From Candidatus Omnitrophota bacterium (GTDB lineage Bacteria > Omnitrophota > Gorgyraeia > JABMRN01 > RBG-13-46-9), in assembly GCA_013203315.1 (NCBI GenBank), contig JABMQJ010000007.1, positions 3,270 to 67,269 on the forward strand: a stretch of 64,000 nt of DNA. The letters are read 5' to 3'. This document shows, piece by piece, positions 57,213-64,000 of this stretch. A program made the position numbers and the translations under genes. How positions within the stretch are numbered: position 1 is the stretch's first letter; the number at the start of each line of letters is the position of its first letter. A model generated the notes under the pieces. It saw nothing but the letters and a program-made list of their open reading frames with translations, ran no database searches and had not been told where the DNA came from.

Positions 57213-58514
57213 TTAAATCCTCCTCCCCATTCCAATATAAACAAATCCCATCTTTTTCATCCTTCTCGGGTCATACATATTCCGGCCATCAACTATAATC
57301 GATCGTTTTAATAGTCTTTTTAACTTCTTAAAATTGAGCTTTTTAAACTCATCCCATTCTGTAACAACGGCTAAACAATCACTTCCCTTTGCAACAGCGT
57401 ATGGATCGCTGCAAAATCTCAGTTTCTTATTTTTAATTTCTTTTTTCGTGTTTTCCATTGCCTGCGGATCATATACCTTTACAAAAGCTTTTTCGTCCAG
57501 TAATCTTTTTATTATACCAAGCGAAGGAGCGCTCCTTATATCATCCGTATCAGGTTTAAATGAAAGGCCAAGCACACCGATTGTCTTACCCTTGACTCCA
57601 CCAAGTGATGCATGGATTTTGTTGAAAAATACTACCTTCTGCTGTTCGTTGATATCCCCCACATTCTTCAACAATTTAAAGTCATAGCCCAATTTCTTAC
57701 AGATATGTATAAAAGCGGCGACATCTTTCGGAAAACATGATCCGCCAAAGCCAATACCGGCATTAAAAAAACTCTCATTTATTCTCTTATCCATCCCAAT
57801 GCCTTTGGCTACCTCAACCACATCTGCCCCTGTGCGTTCGCAGATATTACTGATTTCGTTGATAAATGAGATTTTTGTGGCAAGAAATGCGTTTGAGGCA
57901 TGTTTTACTATTTCCGCACCCTTAATATCGGTTATGATGATGGGGGCATTAAGTGGTTTATAAAGTTTTGTCATCAATCTTTTCGCTTTTTCCGTTTCAA
58001 CGCCGACCACAATCCTGTCAGGATGCATGAAATCCTTTATTGCGGAGCCTTCCCGTAAAAATTCCGGATTACAGGCAATATCAAAGTCCACGCGTTTTTT
58101 CTTTAAAAATCTGATTGTATCCTTTACCCATTCACCGGTTTTTACCGGAACAGTGCTTTTTTCGACTATAAGCTTATATGACTGCATATGGCGTGCTATT
58201 TCGTGGCAGACTTTCTCGATATTCGAAAGGTCGGCTTCGCCGTTTTTTCGGGCCGGTGTTCCCACGCAAATAAAGATTATCTCGGATTTTTTAATGCTGT
58301 CTTTAATATTTGTTGAAAAAGAAATCCTGCCTTCTTTTATGTTGCGCTTGACCATTTCCGCGAGGCCGGGCTCGTATATGGTAATCTTTCCTTTTTTAAG
58401 GGAAATGACCTTTTTAGGGTCGCTGTCTACGCAGTAAACACGATTACCCAAGTTCGCAAAACAAGCCCCTGTTACAAGGCCAACATATCCTGTACCGATT
58501 ATAGTAATCTTCAT
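57213..58514 (-). CDS. ugd: UDP-glucose 6-dehydrogenase
   Basis: MKITIIGTGYVGLVTGACFANLGNRVYCVDSD and catalytic GFGGSCFPKD. Start taken at 58514 (AGGGAGAG 6-8 nt upstream) rather than the track start at 58577. Confidence 0.8.
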   Translation of the reverse strand: MKITIIGTGYVGLVTGACFANLGNRVYCVDSDPKKVISLKKGKITIYEPGLAEMVKRNIKEGRISFSTNIKDSIKKSEIIFICVGTPARKNGEADLSNIEKVCHEIARHMQSYKLIVEKSTVPVKTGEWVKDTIRFLKKKRVDFDIACNPEFLREGSAIKDFMHPDRIVVGVETEKAKRLMTKLYKPLNAPIIITDIKGAEIVKHASNAFLATKISFINEISNICERTGADVVEVAKGIGMDKRINESFFNAGIGFGGSCFPKDVAAFIHICKKLGYDFKLLKNVGDINEQQKVVFFNKIHASLGGVKGKTIGVLGLSFKPDTDDIRSAPSLGIIKRLLDEKAFVKVYDPQAMENTKKEIKNKKLRFCSDPYAVAKGSDCLAVVTEWDEFKKLNFKKLKRLLKRSIIVDGRNMYDPRRMKKMGFVYIGMGRRI

Positions 58515-58597
58515 TTTCTCTCCCTTTATATGGCTTGATAAGATTATTATTATACCAATAAAGGGGGTCTTTGACAACGAAAAATAGAGGAAAAACC

Positions 58598-60766
58598 TTA
58601 GCGTTGAATGCCAGGTCGGGCCCTTTGGTAGGTTGTTCTGAAAAGCCCTATAGGTATCTTTGGGAATGCCTTCAACCTAAATACGAGCCATGTGGTATAT
58701 TCGTCGCCTCGCTTATTAAAGGTGACTTCGGCTTCCCAGCAGTGAAGATCTTTAAATACGGTGTATTCCTGCTCTTCCCATTTCTCATTTGAAAAATCAA
58801 AACGCTGGTAAACTTTGACTTTCCACTCATCGTTAATCCTGTAGAACAATTCTCCGGTAAGCTGGTTTGTCTTGCCTGCATCAGTAGCTTCATACCGTTG
58901 TCCCAAACCGAGCGAAAAATCCTTGCTCATGTCGATATACACGTCTATGTTAGCGGAATTGAGGTCATTGTCCTTGCTGTCCAGGGTCATGTTGGAATCT
59001 ATTGAAAGCCCAGGATACGGGTTAACTTCCAGGTCGAATCTTATGTCGCCGAATTTACCTACCCCCTTAGGCCTGAAGCCCCCCTTTTTCAGCCTGAAGT
59101 CATAATTCGTGCTCACGATAAAAGTTGCAAGATCCACTGTTTTCATGTCACCATTCTCGGATCTTTTGGTCTGGAGTTTGTTTTCCAGTGAAAAATCGAA
59201 ACCGTTGTGGTATTCAATGTCGTCTATCTCGTCAAACTGATATAGGTTATCCGGCGATATGGTCGGCTGATGCCTGAAAAGGTACCCGACTGTCGGGGTT
59301 ACGACGTGGCGCAAGCGGTTTAAGTCCAGCCCTAAGATATTCGAGTTCACGTCAAAAATGTTGTAGAATTTCGTGCTTAAATCAATGCCTTCTTCGTAAA
59401 GGCTCCGAAGTTGCGATTTCACTTTCCATCTATTTTGGGAATAAAATGTCTGTCGCGTCGCCATAAAGGGTGTCGCATATAAAAAGTTAAAAAGCTTCGC
59501 TGCATAAGAAAGCTTGTAGTAATTATCCATTCTCACGCTTTCTTCGCGCGATTGATTGGTGTCATTGTCGTATCGTTTAACAAAGTTTGTCATGGAATTT
59601 TTACTAAAATAATAAAAATTGGTATCCCAAAGCCTTTGATTGTTTATCTCCAGGTTCAGCTCCGGAAGCCTTTCTACGACGGTAAAAAAGTTGTTCATCC
59701 TCTTACGCGTGAGAACGTTTATTATATAATTCGGTTTTCTTGTTTCCACAAGAATATAGTTGTCGGGATTGGGGTCTTCTTCATACTCGCGGTAAAAATA
59801 ATCCTTGATAATGTTTCTATCGCTTAGCTGGTTATACTCCATGGTTAGGTAGGTATCTTCCGGGAGCTCGAGGTTATGCATGAACTGTATTCTCCAACGA
59901 TCGTCTTTTGATCCGCTGGGATCAATAGCAAAGTCATCGTTTTCGTGGGCATAATAAAATCTTGCTACACCCGTTCCCAGCTCCTTGGTGTTATACTTGT
60001 AGTCGAAGCCTTCGCCAAATCCTTTCTTTTCCCTGTAATCAATATGTATATTTCCTTTTGCATTTTCGTTAAGATAATATCTCCACGCCGTAAGAGCGTA
60101 ATATCCCCAGTCGCTGGTCCGTCCGGGCACTATGGTAACTTCCGGCCTCTCTTCCCAAAGCGGCTGAACATAATACGGCATAAAAAGAACGGGCAAATTT
60201 CCTACGTAAAGGCGAATGTTCCTGGCAACTACTTTATCATCAAGAAAAATCCGAACTTCTTTTGCCTGGACCCTGTAATGGGGTTTTTCTAAATCGCAAG
60301 TCGTTACGTAGCCTTTTTCTAGCTCGAATTCCTTGTCACCTTTTTGCTCCACCCGTTCGGCCTGGCCGTATAAAGGTTTCGCTTTTATCTTGCTATCTAT
60401 GGCATATCCTCTCTTTGTCGCAAAATTATAATGAATCTTCTCGCCCTCCATCGACATGCCTTCCTGGCTGATTTTGACATTCCCTTCGCATATGGCTTCT
60501 TTGGTATCCATGTAAACAACGATTTTGTCGCAGCGAAGTTCTGTTTCGCCGTAATCAACGGAAACGCCTCCGTGGCCCGTAACTTTTTTCTCCTCATGGA
60601 AATATTCGACCTTATTCCCTTTAACAATAATGGGCTCTTTGGATTTTTTAACGCTATCGAGAATATCTTTCTGGATAGCGTATGTCTGCGACGCAGGAAC
60701 CTGCGTCAATATAAGGGATAATACAATGGAGAGGATTATATATTTTCTAATTTTGAACATATTCAC
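58598..60766 (-). CDS. LptD-like outer-membrane LPS-assembly protein (OstA N-terminal domain plus large beta-barrel)
   Basis: Signal peptide ..LTQVPASQTYA. N-terminal OstA/LptA-like beta-jellyroll (IVKGNKVEYFHEEKKVTGHGGVSVDYGETELRCDKIVVY), then ~550 aa rich in alternating aromatic beta-strands. C-terminal aromatic residue. Confidence 0.55.
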   Translation of the reverse strand: MNMFKIRKYIILSIVLSLILTQVPASQTYAIQKDILDSVKKSKEPIIVKGNKVEYFHEEKKVTGHGGVSVDYGETELRCDKIVVYMDTKEAICEGNVKISQEGMSMEGEKIHYNFATKRGYAIDSKIKAKPLYGQAERVEQKGDKEFELEKGYVTTCDLEKPHYRVQAKEVRIFLDDKVVARNIRLYVGNLPVLFMPYYVQPLWEERPEVTIVPGRTSDWGYYALTAWRYYLNENAKGNIHIDYREKKGFGEGFDYKYNTKELGTGVARFYYAHENDDFAIDPSGSKDDRWRIQFMHNLELPEDTYLTMEYNQLSDRNIIKDYFYREYEEDPNPDNYILVETRKPNYIINVLTRKRMNNFFTVVERLPELNLEINNQRLWDTNFYYFSKNSMTNFVKRYDNDTNQSREESVRMDNYYKLSYAAKLFNFLYATPFMATRQTFYSQNRWKVKSQLRSLYEEGIDLSTKFYNIFDVNSNILGLDLNRLRHVVTPTVGYLFRHQPTISPDNLYQFDEIDDIEYHNGFDFSLENKLQTKRSENGDMKTVDLATFIVSTNYDFRLKKGGFRPKGVGKFGDIRFDLEVNPYPGLSIDSNMTLDSKDNDLNSANIDVYIDMSKDFSLGLGQRYEATDAGKTNQLTGELFYRINDEWKVKVYQRFDFSNEKWEEQEYTVFKDLHCWEAEVTFNKRGDEYTTWLVFRLKAFPKIPIGLFRTTYQRARPGIQR

Positions 60767-60795
60767 CGGTTAATTATGCGACAGTATAACATACG

Positions 60796-62034
60796 TTACC
60801 CGGCAAGACAAGTCTTATCTCTTCCGGTTTTCTTTGCCTCGTAAAGCGCAAGGTCGGCTTTTTCGATGAGCCCTGCTAATTCCTTAGAATCCTCCGGGAA
60901 AGAACTTATACCTAAACTTATGGTTATTGTTACGGATTCGTCATAAGCCTTTATGGCGTGATCCTCAACCGCTTTTCTGATTCTTTCTCCTACGGCATAC
61001 GCGCCCTGTTTACTAGTTTCCGGAAGAAGTATGCAAAATTCTTCTCCGCCATATCTGGCCACAAGATCTATTTCTCTCACACCTTTTTTTAAAATAGCTG
61101 CCACATTTTTTAGAACGACGTCTCCGGTGAGATGCCCGAAATTATCATTGCACTTCTTGAAATAATCCAGGTCCGCCATGATAAAAGAGAGATTTGTCTT
61201 CGAATGGCTTGCCCTTTCCATTTCTTCTTTGAGCCTTTTTAGAAAGGATCTGCGCAAGAAGCAACCGGTAAGCCCGTCGGTTACGGAGAGTCTTTCCACT
61301 TCGTCGAAAAGGCGCACCCTCTCCATCTCTAAAGCAATCTGCGGGGCAAGTATTAAAAATTTGTCATATTCTTCTTTTTGAATATCCTCGGCTAAAATTA
61401 CAGAAATTACATTTTTCTGCACGACTAGCGGCAGGGCTAATATATTATTTATCTTTAAGTCGAATCCGTATTTTAAAAGACTGTCTTTTTCTTCAAGGAA
61501 CAAAGGTTTTCTTGATTTTGCAACAACCCCGGTTAAAGCGCTAATTGTTTTATCCGGCGCTACAAAACCGGATGACTTCGCCCCTATTTCATAAGCCTTA
61601 TCAATCGATGCTTGATTATCTTTGCGTGTCAATAAAACGGTAGTAAATTTTTTAAATCGGAAGTTATCTTCTAGAAAGTTTTTTAACGAGCCAAATAGCT
61701 CACTCAATCTTATATCAGAAGACATCTCCTTTGTCACGGTGTAGAGCCTTGAAAGGTTCGTAAGTTTTTTTTCTAAATATGCCCTCTCGCGTTTTACGTT
61801 TTCCAGGTTACCTGTTAAAAGACTACGCTCCCCATTTCTTTTATCTAATTTATCTTCGAGTGCCGTTATTTCTTCTCTTCCCACATCACTTCCAAGCCGG
61901 ATAAAAATCGGTAAAAGCCATATGAGGCCTATGAAAAAAATTATATTGTTTGTGCTTACTTTGTAAAAATGCGAGGTCGCAATCGTTGCTGCCGTTGCTA
62001 ACACAAGTATTAAAAGATATCTTATTTCGCGCAT
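60796..62034 (-). CDS. Membrane-anchored GAF-like / GGDEF diguanylate cyclase
   Basis: Two N-terminal TM helices, coiled coil, sensory domain, then RYGGEEFCILLPE (GGEEF active site) and DGLTGCFLRRSF. Confidence 0.8.
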   Translation of the reverse strand: MREIRYLLILVLATAATIATSHFYKVSTNNIIFFIGLIWLLPIFIRLGSDVGREEITALEDKLDKRNGERSLLTGNLENVKRERAYLEKKLTNLSRLYTVTKEMSSDIRLSELFGSLKNFLEDNFRFKKFTTVLLTRKDNQASIDKAYEIGAKSSGFVAPDKTISALTGVVAKSRKPLFLEEKDSLLKYGFDLKINNILALPLVVQKNVISVILAEDIQKEEYDKFLILAPQIALEMERVRLFDEVERLSVTDGLTGCFLRRSFLKRLKEEMERASHSKTNLSFIMADLDYFKKCNDNFGHLTGDVVLKNVAAILKKGVREIDLVARYGGEEFCILLPETSKQGAYAVGERIRKAVEDHAIKAYDESVTITISLGISSFPEDSKELAGLIEKADLALYEAKKTGRDKTCLAG

Positions 62035-63440
62035 ACCCTGTTTCTTCCTTTTTGCTTTGCCCTATAAAGTCGCGAATCGGCCAAGGTCAAAAGTTCTTCA
62101 TGTGTTTTCTTTTCCGACGGGCAAGCTGCGATTCCGATGGAAACGGTTATTTTTGTTTTTTCTTGTCTCAAAACAAGCGGTGTCTGGTTCACTTTCTTTC
62201 TTATGTTTTCTGCGATTTCGTAGGCGGCATCTTTTTTGCTATCTAACAAAAGAAGCGCGAATTCTTCCCCGCCATACCGGCAAAGGATGTCGTCAGGACG
62301 GGCAAAGGATTCAAGTATCGAGGAAACGCGTTTCAGCGCAAGGTCCCCCGCATTGTGGCCATAGGCATCGTTATAAGCCTTGAAGTGGTCCAAGTCCAGC
62401 GTTAACACAGAAAAATCTTTACCGGATTGCTCGGACCTTTTTGACTCCTGGGTAAGCCTTTCAACAAAATAATTATGCACATAAAGCCCTGTCAGGCCGT
62501 CATGGAGAGCAAGGTTTTGCACTTTCTTATAAAGGGCGGCGTTTTGGAGAGAGATACTTGAAAGATCCGCTACAATATTCAGAAGCCGGAGATCTGATTG
62601 TGTAAATTTTCTGCGCACAGCACTTCCGATACGCAATACACCGATAATTTTTTGTTCACTTGTAAGTGGCATGCTGATTATCGAGGCGGAACCTTCGTCA
62701 AGTTTTTCTTTTACGGAAAATCTGAAGTCATTCTGGGTATCTCCTACCAAAAGCGGCATTCTGTGTTTCAGAATCCAGCGATCGAATATGTCACCTTTTT
62801 TTGCTTTTACAGCGCCGCCCGTTTTCTTTTTTGACCGCGCAAGCGCTAGCTCCTGCTTCTCAGTATCAACCAGGTAAAGCAACACCCGATCCGCCTCACT
62901 AAACAGCTCGAAAGTATCTTTTGTTATAGAATCTAAAATTTCTTCTTCGGAAAGAGTCTGACCGTAGTCTTCGATTACGTTCTTTAAGTATGTGATTTTC
63001 TTTAAGCTGTCCCTCATCCTCAAATTATCTTTTTCTGCGGATACAATCGCATCTTTCAGCACGTTGAATTCCATGTAGGACTTTTCCATATCAACCTCCA
63101 GGCGCTTTTTTTCGACCGCAAGTGAGGCGTTTAGCCGGTAACCTACAAAGCTTGTTACGGTAAAAGAAATAACCGGAAAAATAAAAATGCCGTTTTTAAA
63201 GGAGATTGCTATAAAAAGGCTGGTCAAAAGTGTGGCCGGAAACGCGAAAGCAGCGCTCGATAAAAGCCAGATAAAAAGAATAGGAATATTAAAATAGAGA
63301 AGTAAAATTCTAATGGTCTCCTGGAAGCGAAGCTCGTCTAAGTTAAACGTTGTTTTTAGGTATTTGACAAGAAAGAGAAGAAAGATCCATGTGAAGAGCG
63401 AAGCAACACTTATCGAAGTTTTAAGTTTCGCGTGGCCCAT
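62022..63440 (-). CDS. Membrane-anchored GAF / GGDEF diguanylate cyclase (tandem paralog)
   Basis: N-terminal TM helices, coiled coil, GAF-like segment, then RYGGEEFALLLLD and HDGLTGLYVHNYF. Overlaps the downstream DGC gene by 13 nt. Confidence 0.8.
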   Translation of the reverse strand: MGHAKLKTSISVASLFTWIFLLFLVKYLKTTFNLDELRFQETIRILLLYFNIPILFIWLLSSAAFAFPATLLTSLFIAISFKNGIFIFPVISFTVTSFVGYRLNASLAVEKKRLEVDMEKSYMEFNVLKDAIVSAEKDNLRMRDSLKKITYLKNVIEDYGQTLSEEEILDSITKDTFELFSEADRVLLYLVDTEKQELALARSKKKTGGAVKAKKGDIFDRWILKHRMPLLVGDTQNDFRFSVKEKLDEGSASIISMPLTSEQKIIGVLRIGSAVRRKFTQSDLRLLNIVADLSSISLQNAALYKKVQNLALHDGLTGLYVHNYFVERLTQESKRSEQSGKDFSVLTLDLDHFKAYNDAYGHNAGDLALKRVSSILESFARPDDILCRYGGEEFALLLLDSKKDAAYEIAENIRKKVNQTPLVLRQEKTKITVSIGIAACPSEKKTHEELLTLADSRLYRAKQKGRNRVCAK

Positions 63441-63455
63441 AAAAATTGTGGCTTG

Positions 63456-64000
63456 TTAAATAATAGCCTGGCCTGTATCTTTATCGAAGAAGTGGACTTT
63501 ACTCATATCAAAAACAAGGCTCATATCCTGGTTCAAGGGGGGGTTATCGTGTCCGCCTACTTTCGCTATAATCGTCCGTTTTCCCGTGGAAAGGTACAAG
63601 AATACCTCGCTACCCGTGGGTTCCACTACTTCGCACGCCAGTGTTACAGTGTTTTCAGGAGCGGCCTCTGAGGCAAAAAGCTTATCATATATGTCTTCGC
63701 TCCGGATACCGAATGTGATCTCTTTATTTACGTAAGATTCAAGCTTTGGCATCATTTCATCGACAACCTTTACCTTTACCCTGCCACCGGGTTCGATAAA
63801 GAAAAACTTTGAATCTTTCTTTACTATTCTGCCTTCGACAAAATTCATTGGTGGGCTTCCTATAAAACCGGCGACAAACTTGTTAACCGGTTTATCATAA
63901 ATGACTGTAGGGGTATCGATTTGCTGAATTGCGCCGTCGTTCATGACAACGATCCTGTCCCCCAGGGTCATTGCCTCGGTCTGGTCATGTGTGACATAAA
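63456..64000 (-). CDS. ABC transporter ATP-binding protein, MalK/UgpC-like with C-terminal TOBE regulatory domain (5' end beyond window)
   Basis: ..[21 protein letters not shown].. (H-loop/D-loop region) continues to the window edge. C-terminal domain typical of carbohydrate-importer ATPases. Confidence 0.7.
   Translation of the reverse strand, partial: YVTHDQTEAMTLGDRIVVMNDGAIQQIDTPTVIYDKPVNKFVAGFIGSPPMNFVEGRIVKKDSKFFFIEPGGRVKVKVVDEMMPKLESYVNKEITFGIRSEDIYDKLFASEAAPENTVTLACEVVEPTGSEVFLYLSTGKRTIIAKVGGHDNPPLNQDMSLVFDMSKVHFFDKDTGQAII

Noticed and set aside
57213-58577. Longer N-terminal extension of the ugd ORF (MSKTPFIGIIIILSSHIKGEK..)
   Set aside because: The NAD-binding GxGxxG motif begins right after the internal Met (MKITIIGTGYVG), and a good AGGGAGAG ribosome-binding site precedes that ATG at 58514. 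The 21-codon extension is probably untranslated.
8053-63671. Numerous 60-130 aa ORFs in the track lying antisense or out of frame inside the long genes
   Set aside because: All are embedded in strongly supported longer ORFs on the opposite strand or frame. Several simply mirror the paralogous membrane-protein genes; for example 30437..30646 and 31422..31607 share a sequence because their host genes are duplicates. No independent evidence of coding.
63456-64000. ABC ATPase as the Wzt-type glycan exporter of the locus
   Set aside because: The C-terminal part resembles the MalK/UgpC TOBE regulatory domain of carbohydrate importers, not the Wzt carbohydrate-binding domain. Its partner permeases lie outside the window. 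It is probably an unrelated sugar-uptake gene.
1-64000. CRISPR arrays, tRNA/rRNA genes, transposases, integrases, phage genes
   Set aside because: There are no regularly spaced direct repeats, and no intergenic region is large enough for a structured RNA gene apart from 531..782 and 13552..14111, which show no tRNA-like structure. No ORF has transposase or integrase motifs. The locus appears to be chromosomal biosynthetic DNA, not a mobile island, on the evidence visible here.

Overview
The window is one very large, almost uninterrupted surface-glycan locus on the minus strand. Tens of kb are co-directional genes with 0-40 nt gaps or ATGA-type overlaps. It comes from an AT-rich, probably anaerobic diderm bacterium: an LptD-like outer-membrane protein is present, and many cobalamin/radical-SAM enzymes are present. 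No tRNA, rRNA, CRISPR or transposase/integrase genes were seen.

Recognisable modules, 5' to 3' along the + strand:
- (i) 1-8144: an Arn-like (4-amino-arabinose-type) module. It has a GT-C membrane transferase, an ArnC-like GT2, an ArnA C-terminal-domain-like UDP-GlcA decarboxylase, a NodB deacetylase, an ArnB-like aminotransferase, three SAM methyltransferases and a GT4.
- (ii) 9042-13551: a GT4 and two large orphan membrane proteins.
- (iii) 14112-16421: the only + strand genes, a B12-radical-SAM and a DPM1-like GT2.
- (iv) 16408-25641: two parallel WbpB/WbpD/WbpE-like triads (oxidoreductase, acetyltransferase, aminotransferase), WecB, a GT-C, GT4s and DPM1-like GT2s.
- (v) 25651-37608: B12-rSAM and SPASM-rSAM enzymes, more DPM1-like GT2s, tandem paralogous membrane proteins, a Capsule_synth/KpsS-like transferase, a Wzx-like flippase and another B12-rSAM.
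- (vi) 37622-44714: a complete pseudaminic-acid pathway (PseB, PseC, a PseG-PseH fusion, PseI, PseF, a PseA-like amidotransferase) with an embedded MarR-like regulator.
- (vii) 44711-53106: UXS, an SDR, two more B12-rSAMs, a membrane protein, and a WbpP/WbpO-like epimerase/dehydrogenase pair.
- (viii) 53088-58514: rmlD, rmlB, a transglutaminase/TPR protein, rmlA, rmlC, ugd.
- (ix) 58598-64000: LptD-like, two tandem TM-GAF-GGDEF diguanylate cyclases and a partial MalK-like ABC ATPase.

The most unusual signal is the combination of three things in one glycan locus: five B12-binding radical-SAM paralogs plus a SPASM radical-SAM, six DPM1-like polyprenyl-phosphate sugar synthases, and about eight polytopic GT-C-like or orphan membrane proteins. 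This points to an extensive, partly radical-chemistry-based extracytoplasmic glycosylation system that uses lipid-linked monosaccharides. I could not match it to a described pathway.
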